Numbered from the whole stretch's first letter, positions 21,505 through 34,202 are shown. The stretch is DNA of 55,675 nt, filler included, from Trypethelium eluteriae (GCA_051942245.1; 3 parts of 3 records of this genome joined end to end with filler, not necessarily neighbours in it), one strand, 5' to 3'. The notes: generated by a model not told the origin, from the letters alone. A program made the numbers and translations.

Positions 21505-23485
21505 ATGGACACCCTCAAGCAATATTCAAGAGTATCCATTCATGAAATCACAGCTCACTCCTTCCTGACCGTACCAATCATATCGTTCATTCTCTATCTT
21601 GTGCTCCTGGTAGTTCATCGATTGTACTTCTCTCCACTGGCTAAGTTTCCGGGCCCCAAGCTTGCTGCTGCTTCGAAATATTATGAATTCTACTACAACT
21701 GGTGGTGTCAAGGCAAATATATCTTTGAGATCGAGAAAATGCACGAAAAATATGGTTTGTTAGCCCGATAGTGGACTGCTGAGTGCCAGCCAAAACTGAC
21801 ATGGGATTTTATCCAGGATCAATCGTGAGAATCAATCCCAACATGCTATCTATCCATGATCCCGAGGCCTATGGCGAAATTTACGTCAACGAAAGTAAGA
21901 GGAAAACCAACAACTGCCAGTCTTTTAGCCAAGGCCTGGGTTTTGACGGTAAGCCCTACCCATCGCATTGTTCAACATTGCTCTGATCAGTGCTAAGATA
22001 TAAAGGCTCTCACTTCTTGACGACAGACCACGATTTACACAGACGTAGGAGGAAGCCGCTAGAACCATTCTTTTCCCGGTCTGGCGTCCTTCGTTTGCAG
22101 CCTCTGCTAGCCGAAACTATCGAAAAGTTGGCAAATCGATTTGAACAGATGAAGGGGACGAATACAGTGATTCATTTGGATCATGCTTTCTATGCTCTTT
22201 CAGGGGATGTCGTCGGCAAGCTATGCTGGGCAGAAAAGGAGGAATTCTTAGATGACCCAAACTTCTCTCCAGAATGGTAACTGATTGATCGTCCAGACGG
22301 TATTTCTCAAAGTTCTTCTAACCATTTTTCAGGTACAATCTCATCCATTCAATCATCAAGTCAATATACCTATTTCAGATGTTCCCTTGGCTTGCTAGAG
22401 TTGTGAATAGAATGCCGAAGCGGTTTGTCCTTTGGGCAATGCCACAAGCTCAGGTTTTTGATTCATTCGACAAGGTATCTGCCTTCATCCCTGAGTCGAA
22501 CCCTTGCATTCGAGGCTGAGAGTCACAGATGACACTTAAGAATGTCGCAGTTGCGAAGAAGGCGAAGGTAAGGAATGACAAAAAGGATCCTTTCAAGAGA
22601 CAGTACCCTTCGCTCTTTCATTGGATCGTGAACAGTGATATGCCCGAGTCAGAGCTGTCCGACGAAAGGCTTGCCAACGAGGCCCAAGTCATCCTTTCTG
22701 CCGGAAGCACTAGTACAGCTCGAACTTTAAGTCATATTACTTACCACGTCCTCGCAAATCCACACATCCAGTCCAGGCTCCAGAAGGACGTGAAAGAAGT
22801 CATGGTCGGCTGGCCTGAGAAAGTTCCTTCCTGGGTAGACTTGGAAGGCGTACCGTATTTGCAGGCGGTATTGCGAGAGGGCCTTCGGTAAGTCTGCCCG
22901 CCATTAGACGTCCAGATGAGCTCGAATGTCTCTTCTTACAGATCCATCCGGACAGTCACAGCTACGCAGTGATGCATCCTCTTCCACGCGTCTCACAGTA
23001 TGTTGATATATCATATAAGCAATGGATCATTCCAGCTGGCGTACGTTGATCCCAAAATCCACAAAAAGGCTCAGGATGCTGATCTAGGAATGTGTAGACC
23101 CCTGTAGGCATGTCTGGTTATCTTATGCACAGCGACCCCTCAGTGTATGAAAACCCTTTTAAGTTCGTACCCGAGCGCTGGCTTGGTGATATCGATCCAA
23201 AAATGATGCGCAACTTTGTCCCCTTTGCGAGAGGTAAAGTGGAAAAGCCCCCACTCGCACTTGTCGGTCCAGAGCGCTGCTGACAGGTAAACAGGATCCC
23301 GCAACTGTTTAGGCCAGAATCTCGCGCGGGCAGAAATCAGCCTTTCCATTGCAGTGCTATTCCGGCCCAATGCTCCACGCCTTGAGCTCTACGAGACGGA
23401 CAAGACGGATACTAATCATGTGCACGACTTTGTAGTCCCATTAACTCGGCTTGGTACTAAGGGAGTAAGAGTCACAGTGCATTGA
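21505..23485 (+). CDS. Cytochrome P450 (Tri4/CYP58-like), multi-exon, intact
   Basis: [36 protein letters not shown] (ExxR), PERW, heme motif FARGSRNCLG. Manual splicing gives an open frame to TGA at 23483-23485. Confidence 0.92.
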
Positions 23486-23953
23486 AATTACAACGAGGAG
23501 TTTCCTTGGATAAATTTGGAAAGTATTGAGAGTTAACTTCCAGCATTAGGCATTTGCCTATGACTCCCAGCTCTCTTCACATGTAGAATTTTCAATGAAA
23601 CTGAACAAAGCGTCTGCTGTCTGGTTTTAAAGATTTTTCAATCTTCGCACTCGTGCGTCCTTCATGAAATTTTGTAACTCTGGGACGAGCTCAGGCGAGG
23701 ATGGCACAGAACTTTGCAGCATTCTCTCTAAAGCAATGGGCACATGAGATGCAGGGGGTGATCCCCACGTTAAGCCGTTATCTACAAACAAAGGATTACA
23801 CAGCCACATTGGTAGAAAATTGCTTTCTGGACGTTCAGCCAGCACGAATCAAAACCTGTGAAGAACTTTAGCCAGGCTCTAACTTTGATAGATTCATCTT
23901 CGCTCATAAACCCTCTCATTGCAAGTCAGACCAAAGCTGAGATTAACGCTCCT

Positions 23954-25954
23954 CTAAGCATCGTTTCTGTGCTTTAGCCTTACCCACAGCGACGGCTTAT
24001 CCCACATAGCATATTCCCTCTGCTCTTTCCAGTCGCTGCTGGCATCTTGAATCTCCATATCAAAGTTCCAGATGATTCTCGCTAGGATTGAGCGTATTTC
24101 GAAATATGCAAGACTAGAGTGAGGAACGATCAGAATTAACAGATATAGAATCGTCTCAGTTGAATCGATACCTACCTCTTTCCAATACAGCCTCTTGGAC
24201 CCAGGGAAAAGGGTTGCAAGGCGGCCTTATCATCACCACTGTACTTAATAGGTGGATCTGATAGCCAGCGCTTGGGGTCGAAGGTGTCTGGATAGGCGAA
24301 ATTGGCGTGGCTGTGGTAGGTGGACCATTGATGGACGCCTACGGAGACCTACACACAGATGAATTCTACCTCTTAGTAACAACAGTCAGGATACGCCGTA
24401 ACATACATTTGCAGGGACGAACCGTCCGTCAATCATGGCACCTCTAGGACCAGTTACCCTTGGCAGTGTTGCGGGAATAGGTGGACAGCATCTAAAAGAC
24501 TCTTGTAACACAGCCTCTAAGTACGGCAATTTGCCTGGTATGCTGACTGAGCGCAGCGTAATTTCATCCTGAGTTTGGAACGCTGCTCGTACTTCGGATT
24601 GTAGACGATGTAGACTTGCGGGATTTTGGAGCAAATAGTAGGTCGCCCCGCTAAGTAAAGTGCCTGTCGTTTCGGAGCCTGCAACGAGCAGGACTCTGCA
24701 TGTACCCATAATTTCTGGTCGAGTCATTCCGCGTTCGTCATTGTGCCGAAGAACCTAATATACCGTGTGAGCAGGCTATCAATGATGAGATGGATAAAGG
24801 CTTACATATGTGAGAAAGTCCTTGCGATTTGATTCGCGCTCGAGGCGCTTCTCTATTTTTAGTCGTGTAAATTCCATATGTGCAGCTCTTTTCGCACCGA
24901 GGGAGGGCTTGAAGATTGTCAAAAGTTTGAGAAGCATGCCAACGGCTGGGTAATTAGCGGCAAGTCGTAGCACACCCAGGAACTTAATTGACTCAAAGAC
25001 GTTTCTAATGAAGTAAGCACAAGCAAGTTGCCATGATATGAGATGATAAGCAACCTGATCCATGCATGATATTCGCCGCTTTCGAGAGCCCCGAATGGCT
25101 CACCAAGGGTGAGGTCCCTATGTAAAATTTAGGACGCTGTCAGACGCAGATTTTCAAAATTCAAACCCAATAATATCGAACGTTGTGAAATTGTAGTACG
25201 CCATCATGTCAACAACTCCTCGTTTAGGTCCATTTATTTGTTGTTTCAACTTTGTCACGAGTAAATCGAAATAATTGGTCAAAAGAGGCTCTTGTTCTAG
25301 TAGAGCACTATCAGAAAATGCATGAGCGAAGAGTTTCCTGATGCGAGCATGATCGGTTTGGTCCGCCGCTGTGGACGTTAGTATTATGACGGTACTGGAT
25401 GACAGTGATACGTGCAAACGATATTTGCTGCTTCGCCTTTCTTGTAATACCCGGGATCCTTGGCCAGCTCTGTCCTATCGGCTTTCAAAGCGTAGATGTC
25501 TATATAATCCGCTTATAAGCTTCTCATCTGGAATGATAGGGGTATCTTGTTACCTCTCCATGCCTGAGCAGTGCTAAATGACAACGCATTTGGCGATATC
25601 CTGACCGCACTCCCATATCTCTCATGAAGGTTTCTTGTGTCTTTGTATGCAACCCCTCTCAGCGTAGAGAAGGCGTCCGGGAATGCAGAGGCGACTCTCG
25701 AAAAGGGGCCTACGCGGGCATCGTATCGGTCGTAAATATCAACCCACATTTGGAGCTTACTTACCAGGATATTTTGCCAAAGGATGCAGATATACATTTT
25801 ATATGATGGTCCAGATCAAAGTGATGAAGAACTGGGCTTATATCAGAGTGGTCGTTCTCGTCCTCATTGTCTCCAGGGTGATATATACTGAAGCAAAAGC
25901 GCTCACGACCAGAGATTTGGCAACAGTCGCCAGGTCTATGGAGTGGAGATCCAT
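23954..25954 (-). pseudogene. Cytochrome P450 (Tri11/CYP65-like) with a premature TAA near the N-terminus
   Basis: WTII*NVYLHPLAKYPGP (TAA at 25799-25801), VRISPNALSF, HAFSDSALLEQEP, FDIIGDL, AGSETT, ESFR, FSLGPRGCIG. The rest splices in frame if one GC-AG intron is allowed. Confidence 0.8.
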
Positions 25955-26742
25955 GATTCCCCTGGTATGATCATTTGGGGTTTGAGTGAGCCTTCCGCGG
26001 GGGGGAAAGCAGCCGAGAGGCAGTCAATGTGAACTTCACCGTATCCGCCCACTGATGCTCATCATTTACCAACCAGAGTACGATACGGTAGAGCACGGCA
26101 TCGCACCGGGGGTTTACACCTGTGCCGCACCCCAACAGGCAGCATCTCTGTCTCACTCCATTTTCGCATGGTACCCCATGACTCCCGCCGCTTTTCCAAC
26201 TGTTGCCTGTTGGGCACATCGGCATATGCAGCCTTGCTTGGGAGGCGCACATTTAACTTTGCTTTTACGACTAGCTATCGTCATTGGCTGGTTCGTCCAA
26301 TTATCGTATCGGCCATCGGAGCATGCAGCCGTGCTTCCCGCACTCAGGAGTAAAGTACGGAGTACTGCGCCACCACCTGAGGCATCTCTGCCTCACGGGC
26401 CACAAGTATGTTGTCCGACGAAAGTGGCGTTAGTTCGTTGAAAACAGTTCCCGGTCAACATGGGACCGTATTGCAAAGAGAAATACCTTAATCAAGATAG
26501 CTGGAAATTGGGGGAGAGAGTGATCTCATTGGAGACACAATCCCCAGTATTCAGCCCTTGGTGAGGTACCATGCCTGCCGCATTCCGCTTTGCTTGCTCA
26601 TATCCCGCCTGTGACCGGCTGGCTTTGCAGACTCTCCAGACCCCAAAAGCTGCCGTTTCTATCTATCTAAGTCCAGAGCTCGCTCTCCTAAGACTCTTCT
26701 GCGAACAAATCTTTGATTCGGCTGAGGTGCAGTCTAGACACA

Positions 26743-27714
26743 ATGGGGGCTACATATTCGCAGTTCTTCCCACCAAAACCGAGCTTGACCGAGGCTAATC
26801 TCCAAAGCCAGGAGGACAAAGTCTTCATAGTGACAGGTGGTTATTCGGGAGTGGGCTTTGAGCTATGTAGAATACTATACCAAGCTGGTGGTAAAGTCTA
26901 CATGGCTGGACGCTCAGAAGCAAAAGCAGAGGATGCTATCTCGAAGATCAAAGCATCGGAGACGACTTCAACTGGGAAATTAGTTTTCCTCCGGCTCTCC
27001 CTGGATGACCTAACGACGATTAAACCTGCCGTGGAAACCTTTACCTCATCGGAATCGAATCTTAATGTCCTATTCAATAACGCAGGCGTCTCAAATCCAC
27101 CGAAGGGTTCCGTATCAGCACAAGGGCATGAGCTTCAAATGGCAACAAATTGTCTAGGTCACCACCTCCTCACCCAGCTTCTTCTTCCAGCCCTCAGAAA
27201 GGCCGCTAGAAACGTAAATTCTGCTACAGTTCGCGTTATTTGGCTGTCCTCAATCGCCGTCGACCTGTCCGCTCCCAAAACCGGAATGAACCTTTCAGAC
27301 CTCGAGAACCCGCCATCAAATCAGCAGCACAATTATGTGAATTCCAAGATCGGAAATTGGTTCCTTGCTAGCTCTCTAGCTACTCAAGTTGGTCCAGAAG
27401 GTATACTGAGCGTAACGGTAAATCCGGGAAATCTGGAGACCGGGCTATTGCGCCACATACCACGAATAGTGGGCATCGTGACTGCGCCGCTTCTATACGA
27501 CGCCAAGATGGGGGCTTATACAGAACTCTGGGCGGGCTTCACAGGGGACTTGCAGATTGACGATGGCGGCAAGTACTTGGTGCCTTGGGGACGCTTACAC
27601 CCGAATCCGAGGTCAGAATTGCTTGCTGCGATGAAGGCAAAGGAGGAAGGGGGAACGGGAGTTGCAGCTGCGTTTGTGGAATATTGCGACAAGCAGACGG
27701 CAGATTTTCAGTAA
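26743..27714 (+). CDS. Short-chain dehydrogenase/reductase, 323 aa
   Basis: VTGGYSGVG, NNAG, YVNSK (YxxxK), NPGNL; intronless. Confidence 0.93.
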   Translation: MGATYSQFFPPKPSLTEANLQSQEDKVFIVTGGYSGVGFELCRILYQAGGKVYMAGRSEAKAEDAISKIKASETTSTGKLVFLRLSLDDLTTIKPAVETFTSSESNLNVLFNNAGVSNPPKGSVSAQGHELQMATNCLGHHLLTQLLLPALRKAARNVNSATVRVIWLSSIAVDLSAPKTGMNLSDLENPPSNQQHNYVNSKIGNWFLASSLATQVGPEGILSVTVNPGNLETGLLRHIPRIVGIVTAPLLYDAKMGAYTELWAGFTGDLQIDDGGKYLVPWGRLHPNPRSELLAAMKAKEEGGTGVAAAFVEYCDKQTADFQ

Positions 27715-27828
27715 ACTTATTATTCTAGCCGTTGATGGCAAGTTGACTGGCTGAAGCCAATTCCGCTCAACTGAAAGTAGATTTCGTTATTCAGAAGATC
27801 GTACGCCACCTCTCTAAGTTGCAGATAC

Positions 27829-28654
27829 TCAACCAGTAATAAGCAAACTATTGTAAGTACGCAATATTGGATGCCTCGCGTGGTTTACAACGACACCTCC
27901 TCTTCCTCTATCTTTCCCCAGTCGTATTTGCAATTCTTCGAACTCTCGTAACAACCCTGGGCATATGACCGTGGTCTCAAAATCAATCAATACTGCCTCC
28001 TCCTTCCCATCCTTGATCAAGAAGTTGTGGTTGTTAATATCTCTGCGCTTATTTTGCAATGTATGCAGGCTCCTTGAAACGCCCCGACATGTATTTAGAT
28101 CCTCAATCTCGGCTGTGCGTCCTAGGACACACTCTCGATCAGAAAGCCAATCACCCGCCCTTCCTCAGTGATGCGTCCCAGAAATTGTGGCGTAATACAT
28201 TGCTCCTAGATCCAACTGTAAGCACTCGTCTCTGTCTTCATGTTAGGGATTTGCTACTGGAACTCTGCGGATTTGTAGATGACCGGATATTTAAAGAGAG
28301 GGCAGATACCGAGGTGGATGTTCTGTTATATCCGGCCGATCTATAAGAGCTGGAGATGATCTATCATTGTGCTGTGCTATATTGCTTAACAACTGGGAGA
28401 TCACGTTTGATACTTGCAGCGAAGATAGTATTCCTAGTGATCTTATCCTTCACGACGCGACCTTCCGTTCAGTCGCCCGTGGGAAGATTGGCAGCTCGAA
28501 CTTGAGGATCGATTCAAAAGAGATATCGTCAGCGGAAACAATGCCAGATTCAACGGTGATGTACTTTGGTATCCTTCCCGTCGACAAGAAAGTGATACGC
28601 GCTCCAGCCTACCGGATCGACAAGACATGCCTAGAGTTGGATACTCTGAGACAT
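27829..28654 (-). pseudogene. Degraded protein kinase-like (APH/Kdo-like) fungal gene
   Basis: Fragments MSQSIQL*ACLVDP..FLVDGK, KYITV, IDHLQL, PQFLGRITEEGRVIGFLIE, DINNHNFLI..LIDFE, GRGG; several stops and frameshifts. Confidence 0.75.
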
Positions 28655-30033
28655 ATGATTCGTCTCGCTGTTAGTCATCTCTATCTCTGCAAGGCAGTGA
28701 TGAAATTTAGTAGAGTACGCTACCGCCTAGATGGCAGAGCCAAGCTGGGTTTAATTGTGTCGCGTTTGTCCTGGACTTTCACGATGATCTTGTAAGAGTT
28801 TGGTTGCCACTCTGGTAATCAAGTTTTCCGAGTCATTTTCATGTGTAGATGACTAAAACCCAAAGCTTCGCGTTATGCTGATTTTAGTCACATTTGTCTA
28901 TAGGGATTGCATCTCGTGTTGTCGCTTGTTGCCGCTGGTTGCCTCTAGAATCGTGTTTCTTTCTCTTCGATCGGCCATTCTCTTTGAGTTGAGCACACCT
29001 CCCTTAAATTGCGCATCTTTTCTTGAGTTGAGCATTCTATCTTGAATTGAGTATTCGCTCTTGTGCTTTTTTCTCTTGCATCGAACAATCCCGTGAGCTG
29101 CTCATACCTTCTTTGTTTAAACATAATCTCTTTGCTTGAGTAATCTCTTTGGAGCTGTGGTTATTTCAAGCGAGAGGTCAAAGACCGACACGTCCCTACC
29201 CCGCGCATTTCAATGCGGAGCGTAAAGGGATGTTGATGAAAGGGGAAGAATAACCCTTCATTGAGAAGTGCTAGGAGAGATTTTTCTTGGGTGCTCGACC
29301 GGGAAAAGGACCTGAGTCAGCCCTGCCTTGGATTACATTGGGAACAAAAGATATCAAGCGCCAAGGGTGCGCATTATCGAGCTGTCTCCCATCGGTCAGA
29401 TACGGTGGCATGTGGTAGCACCCGCGCACCACGGGTGGTCCCGCTAAGGAGGATCTACAGTACTAACTCCTTACACCAACACCATTCAGGGGGCGCGACG
29501 CGATTCTCTATTTTTAGCCTGGAAGGTCTACATTTGACCTCCTCATCGACTAAATCCATCATGTTTGGAAGATTGTAAGAGACTATGAGCTCAATACTGC
29601 GCAGCCTTCTCCCCTGACCAAATGTTATTACACACGTATGCTTTACGTTTATTTTTTGGTTTAATGCCCATGGAGACTATTCAATTGAAAATGTCATCAA
29701 GGTTCAGGTGACCATTGCTTTCTGAGGCTTTGTCTGTAAGTTATGATTCTGAGGCACGACCAGGGTATATTAGTATCAGTGGATTCCCTACAATGTGGAT
29801 GTGGCTGGGAGATGTTCCAGCTAACAGTTCTCTCACTCGTCGCGCCAGCCTATCACCCTACTCATTGGATGAAAAGAAGCTAATCGTTCCTATGGAGGCA
29901 GTACAGCGGTGGCTCGATGTAAATCCTCTAGGATCTCCATCAATAAGCCATACCGGTTTACGTCTTTCCTCGTTCTTCCTACCGACCGCCGTGAAAACAG
30001 TATTTGGGCTGAGAAAAGCAACCTGGTCAAGGC

Positions 30034-31809
30034 ATGCCACCCGCAATGTCAGGTGATCAAGACCTCCCTTATATTCAGCGCGTGAGAGAGCTACGACACT
30101 CATACCCTGCACTCCGGTGTTTCTTGGATAAAATTGAAAATGGTCATGATGAAGGCCGGAGGCTCGTGGAAGAAGCGTACATGGAACGGTTCCGTCGTTT
30201 ACCAGGAAGATGTATGTTGTTGACCTTTAATGAGATGAATGTGGAATCTCGGGGTTTCGAGAGACCGGAGGACTTGGACGACTATCTGGCTAAGTTTCCT
30301 CCTTGCAGCGATGGAGGTACCCAGCACTGCCGCCTTTGGATTTTAGAAGACCTTCATCCCACGTGGATCGATATTCTAGGGAGACGATTGGGAGTCGATC
30401 CGCTAGTCTTCAGCGAGCAGACGAATACCTGGAACTTTACGGACTCCGAGAGTATACCAACTCGCCTACTACCTTCCATGGTTAAGCCGCAAAAGTCATT
30501 TACGATGCGATACTACGAATTTCGCCAGCTGAAAGACCCTAAAGCCATCGACTGGATGCGGAATCAAATGACATTCGCTGTCAATAGACGACGGTACGAG
30601 CGATGGCGGGATGTAGATACAACAAGCTTCAGAAACAAATGGCGGCATGCTTTTGTTCGACGATGTGCCAGTTTCTGGACGAACCAGAATAGCACCGATA
30701 GTGGTTGGGACGCTGTTATGCTTGTGGATCCTTCCTTCGAGTCCTTCGGCTGGCGCGATACAAACATTATCCAGACGAATGGTCGAGCCAAGGCATCTTC
30801 GCAAAGCCAGCCCGGATGTACGATACTACAAGATCCGAAGACCTACAAAAACCACAAAGACCTCTGGAATGCTCGAGACTGGGTGCAGCGCGAGTACGTC
30901 CTGCCCACAAAGGATACCAGCACAGCCTACCACGAGGGTTGCACCTCACTCACCGAGGCATCTTTGGCCACTGAGGCGGACGAGGCCAGAGCATATATTC
31001 TGCAAAAGCGGCCGAATCGCAATCTCTGTTCGCTGCTTGATGAAGTGACATTCTATTGGACGGAACTGGCAGACCAAGCTTTGATCACATCAGCGCGGGA
31101 GCACTCTGTCAATACAGCACACTATCTTCTCAAATATGCCGCAACTTTATGGACGAATCAACTAGAACTTATCGCATGTGGTATTGCGCAAAGCGAGTAC
31201 TTTGCCGATGACCACACAGCAACGGTCGAATTCGAAATGTCCGGTAATGCCTGGAGAAAGGAGCTCATGGAGATGGCCAACACTACGAAGGAGATGAACT
31301 ACATGAAGCGACAGATGAATCACTTTGAGCAAGCCATGACTCTGAACATGGAAAGACTCGGCCTAGTAATCGGTGCGGAAGCTGTCGATGAGAAAGCTCC
31401 CCAAGCAATCAAGGATGCACAGAAAGACTTCATGACCATTCAGGCGAGGCTACGACCATTCCGTGAACGGGTAGATAGACTTAATGGCGTGGCAAATGAA
31501 CTTGCCAACCTGCACGCAGGATTCAAGAGTATTCAAGACGGTGAATTCGGCTTACGACTCTCTGTGTTCGCTAGTATCGTCTTCCCTGCAACGCTTGCTT
31601 CAAGTCTGTTCTCCATGGGAGATTCCTTCTTGCCAGGCAACGATCTTTTCTGGGTCTACTGGGTCGTTTCGGTGCCATTGGTGTTTATTTTTGCAGGTGC
31701 ACTGCTGTTTGGGCGAAAACCGGAACGGTGGCTGGAACGGCAAGTGATGGCCGTGAAGACGAAGCGGGAGTCAAGGCAAGGGGCTGAAAGGTGCAATCAG
31801 ATGGGTTGA
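30034..31809 (+). CDS. Fungal CorA-like domain protein, 591 aa
   Basis: LWILEDL..LGRRLGVDPLVFSEQ; coiled-coil region; two C-terminal TMs LSVFASIVFPATLASSLFSMG and FWVYWVVSVPL. Confidence 0.8.
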   Translation: MPPAMSGDQDLPYIQRVRELRHSYPALRCFLDKIENGHDEGRRLVEEAYMERFRRLPGRCMLLTFNEMNVESRGFERPEDLDDYLAKFPPCSDGGTQHCRLWILEDLHPTWIDILGRRLGVDPLVFSEQTNTWNFTDSESIPTRLLPSMVKPQKSFTMRYYEFRQLKDPKAIDWMRNQMTFAVNRRRYERWRDVDTTSFRNKWRHAFVRRCASFWTNQNSTDSGWDAVMLVDPSFESFGWRDTNIIQTNGRAKASSQSQPGCTILQDPKTYKNHKDLWNARDWVQREYVLPTKDTSTAYHEGCTSLTEASLATEADEARAYILQKRPNRNLCSLLDEVTFYWTELADQALITSAREHSVNTAHYLLKYAATLWTNQLELIACGIAQSEYFADDHTATVEFEMSGNAWRKELMEMANTTKEMNYMKRQMNHFEQAMTLNMERLGLVIGAEAVDEKAPQAIKDAQKDFMTIQARLRPFRERVDRLNGVANELANLHAGFKSIQDGEFGLRLSVFASIVFPATLASSLFSMGDSFLPGNDLFWVYWVVSVPLVFIFAGALLFGRKPERWLERQVMAVKTKRESRQGAERCNQMG

Positions 31810-32786
31810 TGCTTAAACTCGGAGCGTGACTTGCTCTCTGAATATGCAGAACATGCACCAACACATACAATCACTTCTACAGACCTTCTGCTTCTAAGAA
31901 AGTGCGCAACTTTGGGAGATAAGGCGGACTCGATGGATGCTGTGTCGTACTTTGCAGGAAGGTAGTGCTGAGGTCTGCATAGCGAAGACATCTCAACGAT
32001 CTCCAAAATCAACAGCAGCCTGCTCTGTTAGGCCTAGGATAGGAAATGCTGGGTAAGGTCCGAACCGTACAAAAAGTCGTGCCAAGGCACCGATGCTGCT
32101 CTGGCTTTTTGGCGTGTTCTACCGGATCAAGGATTGATCCTTTTGTATCAAACGCACGCTTATACGTCAATCAAGCTCATCAGTGTTGCCAGTTGGAGGA
32201 TTCTGTAGAGCCCCATTCTTTGGACTTTATATTCGAAAGTCGGCTAGTGCTTTCTATGGTGATAAAAAGAAGCAGGAGTGCGTTATGGTAGTCAAAATAC
32301 TGGACCACCCAGTATCGAAAAGGGATCTTCTCCCTTGAAGCAATATGTCAAAGCCAGGGTAATTATTCTGTACTGGAGTAATGCCTTCACAGGGCGGGCA
32401 TGGTACAATGAAGACCAAAGGCAAGATTTATACTCCTAACTACAATGCGCAAGTGGAGGCCTGATCCTGGATATGGAGTATCAAGCATAGAGATAGGTAG
32501 TCAGATAAAGTAGCCTGGTACTCTCTTCGGAGTTCCACGATTCTCTGTCAATAGATTTACCAGATCTGCCTGTCCTCTCGCTTAGATCCCTGATCAGTGT
32601 CTAATGATCTAGAGTACCGAGTCACCGAGTATTGCGGGCCTCCTCCGCCTAGACCTCAACCCCACACGACATGCAACTCACGCGCGCAGCTCACTCTCCA
32701 CAATCCCTCCGAACGTTCAATTGATTCCTACATGTACATAGGAGTACAATTCCTGAACCAACCAGTCTATTCATACAGCCTAGACC

Positions 32787-34202
32787 ATGTCAGCAGCAAA
32801 ACCTTCGAATACAGCACTCGAAAAAGCGCTACGCGACGCGGTCAATGCTACCTTCGCATCCGGCAAAACTGAAGACCTCACAGTCAAGCGACTACGCACA
32901 CTGACTGAGAAGCAATTGGAACTCGAGGAAGGCTTCTTCAAAGCTGATGAGATTTGGAGTGCCAAGAGTAAAAATATTATTCAAGACGCAGTGGTATGTT
33001 CCTTTCATCAAATAATCTATTGAGGATCAATGCTAATTTCTGCACAGAACGAGCATGAGGAGGACGAGCGTGGCCCACAAGGCCTCACCCAAGCGAGATT
33101 AGCCGACGCAGAACAAGCCAACTCGTCGCAGAAGAAGGGCGCGAAACGATCTTCCCCAGTGGACTCGGAGGGAATGCGCAAGCGTGCAAAGCCATCCCCT
33201 GAGCTAGAATCAACGATCCGAACGCCTAAGAAAAACACAAATACCAAGAATGATATGTCCCTACAGAAGAGCCTGAAGCGGTCTTCGCCGGACGTTATTG
33301 AGGAACCTCGCAAGCGGAAGAAGCCGTCGCCGTCAGCTGAATCTGTATTGGAACCTTCAGCACCAAAGCCGCAGAGAAAATCCAAAACGGAGACATCCGG
33401 TAGTGAGCTTAGCGAGCCACCCTCGGAAGTAGAAGCGCCGCAACCTGAGCCAGCAAAGAGCTCGAAATCCGCAAAACCCAAGCAGAACGGTCTTAGGAGA
33501 AATAGTGCGACGAAGAAAGCCAGCGTAGTGGAAGGAAGAGCAGACGGGGCACAAGAAGCCGGGGAAGATGATGAAGATGCAGAGAAACCCAATGGCACTT
33601 CAATTGCTAAGTCCAAACCGAAAGCATCAACTAAGGATGACGTGCCGGATGATTCTTCAGAGCTTTCCTCCCTGGTCGACGAAGAGCCTGCGCCCAAAAA
33701 GAAAGGGCGGAAAAGGGCTTCATCACCAAAATCAACCAAGTCCAAGAAGGCTGCTGAACCGGCCAAACCTAGAAAACCCAAAGCAAGCGCCACTCCTACC
33801 ACCACCGATCCTCCAGCGGACGAAGTTGAAATCAAGCGACTTCAGTCCTGGCTGATCAAATGTGGCATCCGAAAGATGTGGCACCGCGAACTCGCACCCT
33901 ACTCCACTCCTTCTGCAAAGGTCACACACTTGAAGAAGATGTTGAAAGATGCGGGGATGGATGGGAGGTTCAGTGTGGAAAAAGCCAGAGCCATTAAGGA
34001 GCGGAGAGAGCTCGAGCAAGACTTGGAGGCCGTGAAGGAGGGTGACAAGCGATGGGGCAATAGGAATGAAGATAGTGAGAGTGAAGGAGAGGGCAAGCAA
34101 GATGGTGGTGAAGACGGAGAAGAGAAGCCAAAGCGGAGGCTGGCAAAGAGCCTGCAGGGGCTGGATTTCCTGAACGATGATGATGGCGAAGAGACCGATT
34201 AG
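32787..34202 (+). CDS. HIRIP3-like histone chaperone / chromatin protein
   Basis: N-terminal LTVKRLRTLTEKQLELEEGFFK, long K/S/E-rich disordered middle, C-terminal EIKRLQSWLIKCGIRKMW..GMDGRFSVEKARAIKERREL; intron about 32994-33047. Confidence 0.75.

Noticed and set aside
28980..29060. TTGAGTTGAGCA-like repeats as CRISPR or satellite
   Set aside because: Only 2-3 short degenerate copies in eukaryotic DNA; at most a decayed coiled-coil remnant.
33017..33835. 272-aa minus-strand ORF and similar antisense ORFs (17247-17753, 48618-49265, 40867-41361)
   Set aside because: These are shadow frames of real genes on the opposite strand.
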